Shown here piece by piece: positions 24,586 to 38,158 of a DNA stretch of 64,000 nt (positions are counted from its first letter, which is position 1; each line of letters starts with the position of its first letter). The position numbers were made by a program, and so were the translations under genes. The DNA is from the human T2T-CHM13v2.0 reference genome, Homo sapiens, in assembly GCF_009914755.1 (NCBI RefSeq), contig NC_060926.1; one strand, given 5' to 3'. The notes under the pieces were generated by a model, which saw only the letters and a list, made by a program, of their open reading frames with translations, was not told where the DNA came from and made no database searches.

Positions 24586-27500
24586 TATAGAAGTCACTTT
24601 GAAGTTGTAAGATTATCAAGAAAATGTGGAAAGAAAACATGGTAACTTATGCGCAGAACCAGAGGGAAAACTTAAGACTGTAACGCAGTGATCATTCAAT
24701 ACCTCAGTAGATGATCAAGATGCCTAACAAAGCATTACAGGGCCTGGCAGTCAACAGGTATTCAATGAATAGCTGTCACATCAACGGTTAGAGGGGAGAC
24801 AGCACCAAATCGTGTCTTTCTATCTGTGATGGACAGAGGAAATAGCTCTCAGACTAATTTAAGGCAGCCACTTTCTCAAATGAATTCTTACACACAACTG
24901 GTACGTAAAATACACAAAAACACCTTTGAGTAAAGCAGGAATAGATGGTCTGGAAATTCACCTAACTCAACCTTTTTTCACTTCCTTTGACAACATGTCC
25001 TTTGTATATATTAATATATAGAAATCTCTGAGACAACTCCACGCAACCCAAGAAAATGCTGGAAATCCTCTATGTTAGTCAGTCATAAGAGTGATAATAA
25101 TTTGGGACATCTGAGTATGGCACGAAAGAAAAGGTAACATGTGGTCTGAAGAGATCATACTGAAATCGAGTACCAGCCTGTCTACACTTGATGGTTAAAC
25201 AGACACTCCATTGTCATGTTCTACTAGCTGGGATCCTTCATTACTTCTTTCTTGTATTTATTTATGACCAAAAGCTTCCTATGATTATGACTCATATCAT
25301 CAGATCACTTGGACATCACAACTGTATACAATGGAAATGATATATTTAATCGAGTCAATTCCCTGTGGCTGTCTTGTTCCAGTACCCTGTTGCAGAACCT
25401 CCCCACCCACTTACATCTTGTAAGAAACTGGCCATGCCACATTATTCCACATAGAAGCCAGAGAGGAAAAGAACAGCATAATGTCAGAAGGTTAAAATTA
25501 AATGTGAATGCCCAAATTTCATATCTTACCAGAAAGAAGTTTTGTGATCTAATCATGTTACTGATAGGACCAGTTACATGTATGACTAGGGAGGAAAGGA
25601 TATGAATGTCCCTACAGTTGAAAAAAACGAAAGAATGATTGAGTCCTTTCTAACAGTAGACTTGACAATGTTGTTCCATTTTAATATAAATTGTAAATGA
25701 AAAATCCAGTCCAAATGGAGAGTAAAAACAGTAATCATTATTTTAAAATCCAGCCCAAGTAAGTAGTAAAAAACAGTAATCACTATAAGATTTTATTATG
25801 GCAATACCTGTGTACAAATATGAAGAAATATGTAAAGAAAATCACAGGCTAATTCTTGGATAATTTATTCAAGGAGTAAGTTATGAAAATTCATCAATAA
25901 GTAGAATAAATGGGGTAAGGCAAAGAGAGCTTACCATAGATTCTATTTATGCAACTACAGTTTTAATTTAGTTTGCATTGATGGACTCTTATTTCATGTG
26001 TTACAGTGATGTTAAACCTAGACACAACATGCCTTGCATCTCAAGTTTTCATAGTACAAAGACATTTGGACGTGGCATAGACAGTTGCTCCTTTTGCTTC
26101 AAGTGATAAATGGTTCAGCTGTAAAAAGGATCTGAATAGACCTAACAAAAATCAGTGAGTGAATTTAGAAGAGTAACTACATGCATTAAAATTTTTATTT
26201 TGCTCTCCTGATTTTTACACGGTAATTTGCCTTCAGGAGAAACCATGCTGACACTGTCCTGGGTGTTTTCAGGCCTTTGCAAATGAGGCTGAGACCTGGT
26301 TCCAGGAACGAATATACTTCAAAGGAAACAGTACCACCTACAACACCTGTCATCAAAAAAGACAGTGGGCCAATCAAAAAACCTAGGTCAAAAGAGCATA
26401 ACTTGGGCAAGATGCTGGTTAAATTCAATGAATAAAGCAGAAGAGTAAAGATTTCAAGGAGAAGTCTTGCTCAGAATTTAGGAAGTGACTCTGGAAAATC
26501 TTGTACAGATGTCAAGCTTGACTGGGATTATGCAGCGGACAGAACTGGCAGGAACTAAGGAAGAAGTATCAAAGCCCCAGAAGGTGCCTATAGAATAAAG
26601 CAGAATATATCAGGGGAAAAAAACAAAGAGAGAAAAATCTGGCCAAGTTAGCTAAAGGTGGCAGTTGAAAGGTGAGGAGAGATAAGGGAAAGAGCAGCAA
26701 AGTAAAGGCCTAGGGCTGATCTCATGGCAACTGGCAACAAGAGAGACCTAGGGGTGAATGTCAGCTGGAAGAACGTAGGAGCCCAAACAGCTGTGCGGAC
26801 GAATTCCAGGTCTTGGATGGATAAAACTATAAGTCACATCAACGAGCAGGTGTGCATCTGAAGCTAAGGATGTGTCTATCAGCTGACTCAGGTAAGAATG
26901 GCTCAGGTACTGTGCAAGACTGAGTTTGCAGATAGGGGGCATCAGTGGACCTGACTGTGCCCAGCTAGGGAAAGCCAAAGGCACAGAAACAAAAAGAGGG
27001 TGAAGAGACAGCAGTAAATAGAATAACACAAAACTGTTTCTGAATTATAATATGTGTACTTGGTAGAGACTACAAAACAAACCCGGAATATGAAAATGTG
27101 GATTTATCCAAAAGACAAAATTTTATTGTATTTTTACCCAAAAAAGATCCCTAATAATATTAACAATAAATTTAAAACTTCCTAAAGTACAAAATTATAA
27201 ATATACTATTATTAAAGCAATGTAAGACTAGATACATAGGAAAAGACCATAAGGAAGTAAAACAGGTTATTACAGATTCTGGGTTTATGAATTTTCATAT
27301 TTTATCTCCAAAGTTCTATTATACAATTATATATTACTTTTAAAATTTAAAAAATAAAAAATATTAACAATAAAACTTGTAATAGTAAGCATGCCTATTA
27401 CCTTTTGAATTATTTGATTTAAAGTAATTTCTACTTATAAAATATTCTTAGGTAAAGAGCAAGGTATGTACATAGGCTTTTACCTATTGAAGTCCTTATA

Positions 27501-27831
27501 AAATCTCCTAAAGTTAGTAATCCCTACATCTAATTTATCCATAACTATAAGGTACAGTTTAAACTAAGGAGATCATCTCAAGTTTTCTTTTTATAAAAAT
27601 CCCTTTATTTGTAAATACATAAGGAATATATGCTAACATTGCCTTTTCACAGTAGTAGGAAAAGGTTAAATCAAAGGAATCATTGTGGTGTGCGTGCAAT
27701 GCAAATTATATGGCAAACAGTGCCAGAGACTGGTTTTAAAGGGCAAAAAATCATGTCATCTCCATATTTGTTTAAAACCCCACAATGCATAGATACACTA
27801 TTTAACAACTGCATTCATTAATGTTTAAACT

Positions 27832-28462
27832 AGAACTGTGGTTAAGGTCATGTACTCCAAAGGTGGGCCACCTGGGTGTACCATGGACTATGAAGGCAGA
27901 CTACCCAGGTCTACCATGGATTCTAAGGGAAGACTGCCTGCTTTGCTAACTACTAGCTATGCGATTTAGGGAAAGTTTGTTTGTTTGTTTGTTTGTTTGA
28001 GACAGAGTATTGCTCTGTCACCAGGCTGGAGTGCAGTGACACAATCTGGGCTCACTGCACCTCCGCCTCCTGAGTTCAAGCGATTCTCCTGCCTCAGCCA
28101 CCCAAGTAGCTGGGACCACAGGTGTGCGCCACTATGCCTGGCTAATTTTTGTATTTTTATTAGAGATGGGGGTTTCACCATATTGGCCAGGCTGGTCTCG
28201 AACTCATGACCTCAGGTGATCCAACCACCTCTGCCTCCCAAAGTGCTGGGATTACAGCTGTGAGCCACTGCACCTGGCCAAGTTTTGTTTTTTGCATTTT
28301 TTGTTTTTGGTCTTCTGTTTGTTTCTATTTCCTCATGTGATAAATGGGCCTATGAGAGTACTCCTCTTATAGGGTGGTGTGAGATGTGTAAGGTGCTTAG
28401 ACCACTGCTTGGTACATTGTAGGCATGATGTAAGCATTTTGAGACTGTTTACCATTATTATT
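27832..28462 (+). mobile_element. MIR interrupted by an Alu
   Basis: gtggttaag..actagctatgcgatttagggaaagtt [Alu] tttcctcatgtgataaatggg..cttatagggtggtgtgag..gtgcttaga. Confidence 0.7.
27976..28279 (-). mobile_element. AluS-type SINE with (TTTG)n tail
   Basis: gagacagagtattgctctgtcaccaggctggagtgcagtg..cccaaagtgctgggattacag..cctggcc. Confidence 0.96.
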
Positions 28463-29145
28463 ATTAAATTGTTTTGGCAATGAAATCCAAATTAAATGAT
28501 GAATCAAATTTCAAAATGTTGCAATATCTGAGAATTGTTTTATTTGCCATTCTATAGTTTCTACTCTTACTATTCTTGTTTTCATCATACAAAATGTTAC
28601 TTATCAAAATTATTAGAAAATTCTTCTACACATGAACAGTATGTGACTTAATTACTCCAGATCTTTACGCAATAACCATTTTCCAGAGCCACTGCACTTA
28701 AGTAATTCCTATACCTTAGAATCTACTGAAAGAACATTCTGTCAGTCTTTTTTCCAAACACAGTGCAGTGTGCAATGATCCAATTTGGTTAAATTTTGGG
28801 TTGTTGGCAATTGTAAGCTCATTTGGAAGTAATTTTTCTCCCTAGATCACTTGTGCTTGAGCTGAGAGAAGAAAAAATGAAATTATTATTATTGCCAAAA
28901 TTATACAGACTGCCTTTGAAGTCCTGAACTGACTACAGTGTCCTGTATACACTAGTCACCCAATTCTAAGAATCCAAATAGATGATCTATCAATTCAGTG
29001 CAAATGATATTTTGATATGCTGCTTTGGTGCTACAATTAAATTTTTTGGAAAAACACATGATGTTTTAAAAAGACTTTGGTTGGGTTCATAGCTCACTTT
29101 GTTAAAGAAGGTTCCTGTTCAAAATTAAGCAAGTTAGGGAAGGCT

Positions 29146-29467
<322 letters not shown>

Positions 29468-29599
29468 TAGGCAAGGCTAAGCAGAGTTCATTTCAAATTT
29501 TGGTTCTTGGGTCAAGTTTTCTCAGTACATACTTGGCATATTCACTACCATTATGAACATAATTCTGACACTAAAGAGATGCTCACTCTTAGGCTTTCA

Positions 29600-31480
29600 G
29601 TATTATTTACATGCTCATGGCTCCTGTATCTGGATTTCAAACCTAGACTTCTCACCCAACCTTCAGACATTCCCTGTTGGAAACCTTCACTTGGATAGCC
29701 TACTGGCAGCTTAAATACAAAAGGCCTAAAACAGAATTCTTCATCTAATTCAATAAATATGCTCTTATGCTGAATTTATTGTTGTAGCTGCAGGCACAAC
29801 CACTTACCAAACCAGAAACCTGAGAGTCATCTCCTTTGACTCACTCTCCCTGAATTTCCATTAAGAACCTATTAATGAATCCTGTGCACTTTACTTCCTA
29901 AATATTTCTCAAATATGTCCCTTCAACGTCATCCTTATTCATAAACTTTTACATAGTGAAGGCTGGACTGCTGCAAAAAACACCTAACTAATCTTATTTC
30001 AAAGTCTACCTTCCCAACAAGTTTATCCCACATCTAGCTACAGAATCATGCATCTAGAATGCAGATCTGGCCAGGTCACTCTCCTGCATAAAACCAAGTC
30101 CCTTAAGTATGTGAAATGTCAACCTGTGCTGGTCTCCACCCAGCTCTACAAGCTCATCTCCTGCCTCATCTATTTCACAATTGGAGCTTCAAGTATAATG
30201 AAATGACTATGACTATGATTCCAATATGGTATACACACCAGGTTGCCTTTTATCTCCATGCTACTGCTATCTAATTTGCATTGTATGCCACTATTCCATG
30301 CTCCCTTCCCTCAAATCAACCCAACCACAAACTTGTCTGCATCATTTAAGAATCGGTTGTCATTACCCCTGCAAGAAGGCTTTCCAGGTCCCTCCACTAA
30401 CATCCAAGTTGGATTACATATTCTCTTGGGTGTCCCCATATCTTTGTACTTACCCTACTAGTATACATAAACACTTATTGTCCATTTTCAATTAATCGAC
30501 AAAGGTATTGAAGGTAGAGCATTATCTTACTCACTCATCTTTGTAACCCCAATACCTGGCTCTTAACAATTAATATGTTGAGCAAATGAATGCATATACA
30601 CACACATACACATATATATATGCAATCTTTGGCAACTTAACTTTGGTCACATTGTCATTTATCAAATCCCAAAATAAAAATGAATATAAATTCATACCAG
30701 TAAAATATACCCCACATTATTGTGATAGTATTTGCTTGACAGAATAGAAAACCTAAGAATTTTCCATTATTTCCTGTTCTATTTATTCATGTTAAAGTCA
30801 AACTGTTGATTTTGTCTTCTATTTCAATAATGACTCTAACATTCTTCAGACTCCACAAATGAGTTCCTAGTTCCCACATATCTGAACCAAATCCCCTGTT
30901 ATTCTCTTCACTCTATAACCTATGCTTCAGCCACACCAGACTCTCACCAATGCCCCAAGCACATGTGACTGTGCCTCTTCCTCTGCATGAAATACCACTC
31001 CATCCTATTCTCTGGGGAAACTCATAGTACCAAAAAACTTCAGGCCTCCTGCCCTGGGTACCATGAGTCATTTTTTCAAGTTTCTACTTTCATGAATCTT
31101 TGTACATTATCTCTGCTTAGCATTCCCTTTGTGTTAAAGTAGGTCTCCCATTCAATTCAGTATGCTCTCATTCCCTTTTCCATGCAAAATGCCTGTGACA
31201 TAGATGTTTGATAAGTATTAATTTAATGTATTATAGATTGATGCTTTTATATTCCTGTTCCCATCCAACTATCAGAAGGGTTTGTCTTTAGCCACACACT
31301 CTTCTCCTTAAACAAATATTCCTTATGAAAACTCAATCATCCTCACAGCTTCATGAAAAATCTTCAAATGTAGATCTCCAGCTTCTATGCATCACCCGAA
31401 TACTAGTCCTCTATTTCCAGTGGCCAACCAGAAGTAACTACTTGGATGCCATGCTATTACTTTTAACCCAGTACACTAAT
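29600..31480 (+). mobile_element. Multiple L2 fragments
   Basis: cctagacttctc..gacattcc..cacttggatag..accagaaacctgagagtcatc..aatgcagatctggccaggtcactctcctgc..tgttgagcaaatgaatg. Confidence 0.7.
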
Positions 31481-31859
31481 TGATACGGTTTGGCTCCCTG
31501 TCCCCACCCAAATCTCACCTTGAATTGTAATCTTCATAATCCCCACATGTCAAGGGTGGGACCAGGTGGAGGTAATTGAATCACGGGGATGGTTTCCCCC
31601 ATGCTGTTCTCGTGATAATGAGTGAGTCCAAGGAGATCTGATGGTTTTATGAGTATCTGGCCATTTCCTCTGCTTGCACTTACTCCTTCCTGCCGCCCTG
31701 TGAAGAAGGTGACTGTTTCTCCTTTGCCTTCTGCCATAATTGTAAGTTTCCTGAGGTCTCCCTAGCAATGTGGAACTGTGAGTCAATTATACTGCTTTCC
31801 CTTCTAAATTACCCAGCCTTCGGTATTTCTTCATAGCAGTGTGAGAACAGACTAATACA
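31481..31859 (+). mobile_element. THE1 (THE1C-like) MaLR solo LTR
   Basis: tgatacggtttggct..ccccacccaaatctcaccttgaattgta..gagaacagactaataca; 5-bp TSD ctaat on both sides. Confidence 0.93.
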
Positions 31860-32499
31860 CTAATATTGGACAAATTCATTTTCTTCCCTTTTCAACTTCA
31901 CCCTCTGCCATATGTTAGAGATAAGTCATGCAAATTTTTACTATAGCAAAAATGCTAAAGTTTGTCTTTTCTCTTACCCTCCAACCCTGGATTTTTATCA
32001 GCTCGGGCCACAAAGATTGAGTATCTTCTTAAAAAACTTTCCTGTCTTCAACTCCTTTCTAACATATTGCCTTCATGATAATTTTACCAAAACTGCTATG
32101 ATTAATGCCAAATCCTTACGGAAACTAACTGGCTCTAAACAAAATGACAATGGAGACTAATGTAGGTTAATCAAAAGCAAAACAATGGGTAATTCTAATC
32201 CTCCATATCTTCCAAATTACGGCCTGTTTAATGGGTAGAACTCTGGGTTTCTTAGACTTCAGTCTACTTATTTCATCATCTAAACTGATGGAGTTACTTT
32301 ACGAGAAATGTCTTGGCCCTGCCAGCAGATCCTTCTGCAGCTCAAGGATATAAGCCAGACTCTTTACTTTTATAAAACAACACCATCTTTGGCAACTAGA
32401 GAATTGGGAGCTATAGCATATGGATCTCCTTTCAGTCAACACAGAATACTGATACTTCAGATATGTGTTAATGACCTGAAGATTATTTTCTCTAATATG

Positions 32500-32695
32500 T
32501 ACTAAAATATTTATAGATGAAATGATAGAAGATTTGCTTCAAAATAATCCGGTAGAGGGGGGTTAAAATGGGACGAGGATACAGAAGAAATAAGATTGGT
32601 CATAGGTTGATAATTACTGAAGATAAATAATCAGTACATAGAGACTACGATACTTGTATATGTTTGAAATTTTTACAATAAAAATTTAAATAAAT
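32500..32695 (+). mobile_element. Old L1 (L1ME-like) 3' end
   Basis: atatttatagatgaaatgat..gatttgcttcaaaataatcc..taagattggtcataggttgataattactgaag..tgtatatgtttgaaatttt. Confidence 0.75.
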
Positions 32696-33167
32696 TTGAA
32701 ATCAAGTACTGTAAAAGGTTATTAGTATTTACCATGAATAATGGACCCTTGGCTGATTATTTTCTTTTTTCTCTATACATCCTTTTTAGTTGTCTAAAAT
32801 GAGCAAGAATTACTTTAAGAAAGTTATAAAATGTTAAATTATTTTTAAAAACTATCCCATCTGTACATCTTAGGCTTCTTGTTAACTCACATGTGAAAGG
32901 AATATCTTAGTTATTCATCCCTTAGAATCACTGAAACTTCATCATTAAGTAAAAAAACCATTAAGCTATGTATCTAACATTATTTTATTATCGTTCTCCG
33001 TAGAATTATTTTTATTAAAAAAATAGGCTAGTCTCACTTTTTACTGAGGGATGATCCATGAGCCAACATAATGTAAACCTTATTTTTTTAAAGAAATGCT
33101 ATAAAAAATATCCATTAGGTTCAATGTCCCTTATAATAAAGATATACCTAGCAGTTTCCTCTTAGAA

Positions 33168-33326
33168 CTTTAGTTTTCAATGTAAGCTACACATTATAAT
33201 CACCTGAGAGATTTAGAAAATCCTAATGCCTAAGGCACACCCAAGACCATTTAATGGTCCAAGCATCAGTAGTTCTTAAAGCTCCCAAGAGATATCTATG
33301 TGCAGCCATGGTTGAGAGGCATAGTC
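33168..33326. mobile_element. MER5A-like hAT DNA transposon
   Basis: gctacacattataatcacctgagag..aagctcccaagagat..atgtgcagccatggttgaga. Confidence 0.75.
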
Positions 33327-34296
33327 TTAGAACTATATAAATCAGAGACAATTTGTTTATTTTCTACTATGGAAATTTTCAAGTATATACAAAAACTGAC
33401 AGCATAATATACACAACTTCAACATCTATCAATAGTTTTGCCAAAGTTGGTTCACCTGTCTCTCCCACTTAATTAAAAAATATTTTTTTGCTGTAATATT
33501 TTAAAGCAAATTCCAGATATCAGATCATTTCATCTTTCAGTACTTCAGTATCTAAATATTACCTCTTATGGATCATGGATTTAATTCTTTTTTATTAGAC
33601 AATGAGAGGCTTTGCTTAGCTTTTTTATTGTTATTCAAATGGATTTTCCTTACATTAGAATTTCTAAAATATCTGTGTTCTTATACTTCTGTTATAACTT
33701 GGATTTCTTATTTTTGTTTTTGCTTCAATGGTCTTCAGTTATATTGTGTATGTACATTTTAATAAAAAATAGATCTTTGATTGCATGGGTTTTAAATGTA
33801 TCCTTATATTACTGTCCTCTCAAGATTATATACAATATCTACTCTGCCCATTACACTATATCAAATCCCTCAGCTTGACTTCATTAATAATGTGTACTTT
33901 TCCTTCTTATAAAAGTAATGTATTTTCATTATAGGATAATTTGGAAATACAGAAATAGAAAAGAAAAAATCACTTATAATTCTACAAATGATATGCAACA
34001 ATTTGTTCATTTTGAATATCTTACCCCAGTTTTTTTCCTATACATGCAAACATATTTTATACAACTGAGATTGTACTATATACATTATTTTCATAATATA
34101 ATTTTGATTTAACACTTTTGTAAGTAAATTTCCAAGTCTTTAAATTTTTACAAACATAATATTTAAGGTCTGCAGAATTAATATTTCACTATATGAATAT
34201 ACTATCATTTACAAAACTAGTCCCTTATTATTGGCCAGTGGTGTTACTTTCCAATTACCATATATAATGCTTTATTAATAATTCTAAACATTCCTT

Positions 34297-34815
34297 TGTC
34301 AATAACTGTGAAGAGTCTGAGATTCTGCCCTACTTACAAGCAAGTTAGCCTGCCACAGTGTCCTGGATGCTGGCAGCAGACATAACATTTCAAGGTCAAA
34401 GACAAAGCACTTATTACTCAGAACACAGTAAGCAGCATGAGCATCATTTTCATGCTAGTTCCCCTTGGTCTCCAAGGCCCACAGAGGTGATGTGGAGTGG
34501 CCCAGATGGATGATGCAAAGGGAGTGGGTTTGCATCATAGCTGAGGAACCCTGCGCTCTAAGAAACTCAGATCTTTTATAGTAGCTGCAAGCAAACTTGC
34601 CAAACCTTTACTCCAAAGGGAGATATTATCTGTAGTATACTGGATAGCAAATAAATGGGCTATCTGACAGGAAGGGAGATACTATCTCTATATTCCAATG
34701 TTGTGTGTTACCCAAACCTCCTTGAGCAAGTAGTCCAGAACAAAAAGGTGTTTGATGCCTCTCTGCTTGCGAGACATACAGATTCAAGAGACCTATGGAT
34801 AACTATCTCCCTACA
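34297..34815 (-). mobile_element. ERVL LTR40-like solo LTR
   Basis: tgtc..gagtctgagattctgccctacttacaagcaagttagcctgccacag..ggatgctggcag..ctgaggaaccc..tatctccctaca; TG..CA termini. Confidence 0.8.
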
Positions 34816-35024
34816 TTCTTTAGGACAAATACATACAGTGTGATTACTGAGATTCTTGATACAATATAGTACCAAATTACGTCCTAGAAAGACTGAACTA
34901 CTTGATATTCACATTGATAACATATGAATGCTTCTGCCTCCCTTTCAAAAGTTTCCATGACTTCAACTTTCCTTAACTTCATCTGTCCTACTGTCCTCCC
35001 AAAATATAGCACAGTAACTAGAGG

Positions 35025-35265
35025 AAGAAAACACAGTGACAGAGACTGAGGCTGAAAGGGCTGAATTAAATAGCAGTACCACTGTTCACTAGCTGTGAGA
35101 CCTGGAGGCAGTCACTCAACAAATTTTCATCCCAGTTTCTTCATCTTGAAAGTGAAGATAATCACCTTATTAATTAATATAATAATGAAATGTGCTGATA
35201 TATGAAGAGAGCTTAAAACCATGTCTGGCAAATAGTAAATGCTATGTAACTATATGCTATTATTA
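35025..35265 (+). mobile_element. MIR
   Basis: cactagctgtgagacctggaggcagtcactcaac..cagtttcttcatcttgaaagtgaagataat. Confidence 0.75.
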
Positions 35266-36394
35266 TCACGTCTGGCTGCTCCTCTATGTCCAACCCAATC
35301 CTACCCATACTTCAAAGCTATGTCAGATACCACAGCTTCAATGAAGACAGACTTCTCCTGCTCCGAAATCCCAATTGTACTCTGGACCTTTTACCTTTTC
35401 ATTATATACTGTGTAAAGAGGTCTGAAATGACCATATGTCTTTTGTTTCTAATGCTTCACAACTTTCACCTCCGTGACAGTATTAAAAGGCTTTCTAGCA
35501 TCTACAAAAATTTTTTAACTTCCTTGATCCTACTGGTGTCAAAATAATGCTGCCCAAATTCAAATTACTGTAAATGAAAATCTTTATATTTTAATTATGT
35601 GAAAAACTGAAGTGATTTTTTAAGAAGTAAATCAATAATTTTCTGTGGGTTGATAAGAGTCAATGAAACAGTACTGGACATTTCAATATTTGGAGGAAAT
35701 ATTTTTTAACAAACTGTAAATTATAAATTATACACCAAAAGAGTAGAAACCACAGACTCTCAAACCCCTAGAGCAATAACGGAATTCACCATGATAAAGG
35801 TAGCACCAAACTGATCCAGGACTAAAATAAATAAAATAGAAGCCCAAATAATTTATGGAACGAAGCCATTAGACTAGAATAATAACCAGGTTACAAATAG
35901 AGAAAACTTGGAATTTCCTAAAATACACACATGTACTTCAAAAAAATATCTTCACTGTAGTGGGCATTTTGAAAATCAGAAGTATAGTTATTTTTGACAC
36001 AAAATGAAAATTATGCTGTAATTCTAAAAAATACGCTTCACATTTTATGTGTTCTCAGAGTTTTCAAAGTATTTTCATGACATAATATGAAATTAAATAT
36101 TATAAAAATCTTATGACATAAAAAGTATAGATATTTTTTGTTCCACTTACAGATAAGGAAATTGGAGTTGAGATCCGCCATAGCAAAATAAAAATATTTT
36201 TGTTGCTAAAACATAGCAGTATTTAGATTTTTTAAAAGCATGCTAAATATTATTTTAAATAATTTAAATTGCTTAAATTGAATTTAAATAATTTGTTTCA
36301 ATTATTAAGATTTAAACGACTTAAATATTTTAACATACTACTCTCAATTAAATATCAAACCTCAAATAACTATCTGGATAAAAGATTTCTTAAG

Positions 36395-36700
36395 GGCCAG
36401 GCACGGAAGTTCACACCCATAATCTCAACACTTTGGGAGGCTGAGATGGGCAGATCACTTGAGCCCAGGAGTTTGAGACCAGCCTGGCCAACATGGCAAA
36501 ACCCTGTATCTACTAAAAATACAAAAAAAATTAGCAGGGCATAGTGGCACACACCTATTATCCCAGCTACTCAGATGGCTGAGGCAAGAGAATTGCTTTA
36601 ACCTGGGAGCCGTAAGTTGCAGTGAGGCAAGATTGTGCCACTACACTCCAGCCTGGGTGACAGAACAAGACTCTGTCAAAAAAAAAAAAAAAAAAAAAAA
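36395..36700 (+). mobile_element. Alu SINE (AluJb/old AluS)
   Basis: Full dimer with long A tail; TSD aaaagatttcttaag / aaaagacttcttaag. Confidence 0.95.
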
Positions 36701-36844
36701 GACTTCTTAAGAAGCTTAACTTAGGAAGCTCACTGCCCTTTTAGAAAGTTATTTTATAAAGAAAAACACAGTAGATAAAATTATTCAAAAATACTAAGAT
36801 AAATATTTTCACTTGATTCTAATTGCCACCACCTACTAGTAGAG

Positions 36845-36899
36845 ATGCCTCACCTAAGATTATGCCTTACCTAAGATATATGCCTCACCTAAGATTATG
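36845..36899. repeat. 17-18 bp tandem repeat, 3 copies
   Basis: atgcctcacctaagatt / atgccttacctaagatat / atgcctcacctaagatt. Confidence 0.9.
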
Positions 36900-37260
36900 A
36901 CCAAGGAAGAATCACAGAATTAATGAAGGTAGTGGCGTTGCGGGGTGGGGGGTAACCTAATGCTCCAAATGAAGCCAAATGAAGCTTCTTGCTTCTTTTC
37001 AACTCTATCTTCTTGTGTTTTTTTTCTTCTTTCAGTCAAAAGCCCCATTTTACTTTTGTTTTTGAGTAATATTTTTGCTAGACACAGAATTCTAGGTGGA
37101 TAGCTTTTTTCTTTCAGCGTTTTGAAGGTGTTGCTTCACTACCCCTTAAAATGTTTCCTAAGAGAAATCTGTTGCTGTGCTTAACTCTGTTCTTCTGGTG
37201 AATGTTTTCTTCTTATTTTAAAAAATCCAGCTGTTTTTAAGATACTCTCCTCATCTCTGG

Positions 37261-37655
37261 TGTAAAAAAGAAACCCTAAGGTAGCCCCATGCTTCCATCT
37301 CCTTGTATTCATGCCCTGTGTAATCCCTCCCTTTGAGTGTGGACAAGAATAGGTCCTTGCTTCTAAACTGTAGAATACAGAAAAGGTGACAAAATGTATG
37401 TGATTACATTACATAAGATTATATCACCTTGCCAAGCAAGGAGATTCTCTCCCTTTGCTGGCTTTGAGGATGTAGGCAGACATATTGGAAAGGTTCACGT
37501 GGCAAGAAATGAGGGTGGCCTCTGGGCAACAACAAGTCAGAAACTAAAGCCTTTAGTCCAACAGCCCATAAAGAACAACATGCTACTAACAACCGTGTGA
37601 GCTTGACAGCAAATTCCTCCCCAACTGACCCTCAGTTAAGACCACAGCCCTGACA
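37261..37655 (+). mobile_element. MLT1 (MLT1F-like) MaLR LTR, truncated
   Basis: gtattcatgccctgtgtaatccctccctttgagtgtgg..cacgtggcaagaaatgagggtggcctctgg..ccacagccctgac. Confidence 0.78.
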
Positions 37656-37735
37656 TAATCATGATGTTTCTCCAGTAGGCTGGTGGGAACAGGTACTATT
37701 TCTGGCCTTTTGTGAGCAATGGGCATGATTTCCTT

Positions 37736-38158
37736 TGTTACAATTTGGATATGGTTTATTTGACTCCACTAAGTCTCACATTGATATCTGATCCCCAATG
37801 TTGGATGGGGGTTCTCGTGAGAGGTGTTTGGATTGTGTGGCAAATCCTTCATGAATGGCACCAAGCTACTCGCATGGGAGTGAAGGAGTTTTCACTCTTA
37901 GTTCTCACAAGAACTGGCTGTTGAAAGAGCCTGTCACCTTCCTCCCCTCCTTCTCTTGCTCTTCTCTCAACATGTGATCTCCATAGTCCAGCTCACTTCA
38001 CTTTTCACCATGAGTGGAAGGAACCCAAGTCCCTCACCAGAAGCAGATGTTGGGGGAATACTTCTTATACTGCCTTCAGAACCATGACCCAAATAAAACC
38101 CTTTTATACAGAAATTACCCAGCCTCAGGTATACCTTAATAGCAACACTAACAAAGAT
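37736..38158 (+). mobile_element. MST (MSTB/C-like) MaLR LTR
   Basis: tgttacaatttggatatggtt..gatccccaatgttgg..ccctcaccagaagcagatg..aattacccagcctcaggtat..atagcaacac. Confidence 0.82.

Noticed and set aside
26925-26948. CTCF-like tgcagatagggggcatc
   Set aside because: The AGGGGGC half matches but the key CCAC/G-Y 5' half is missing.
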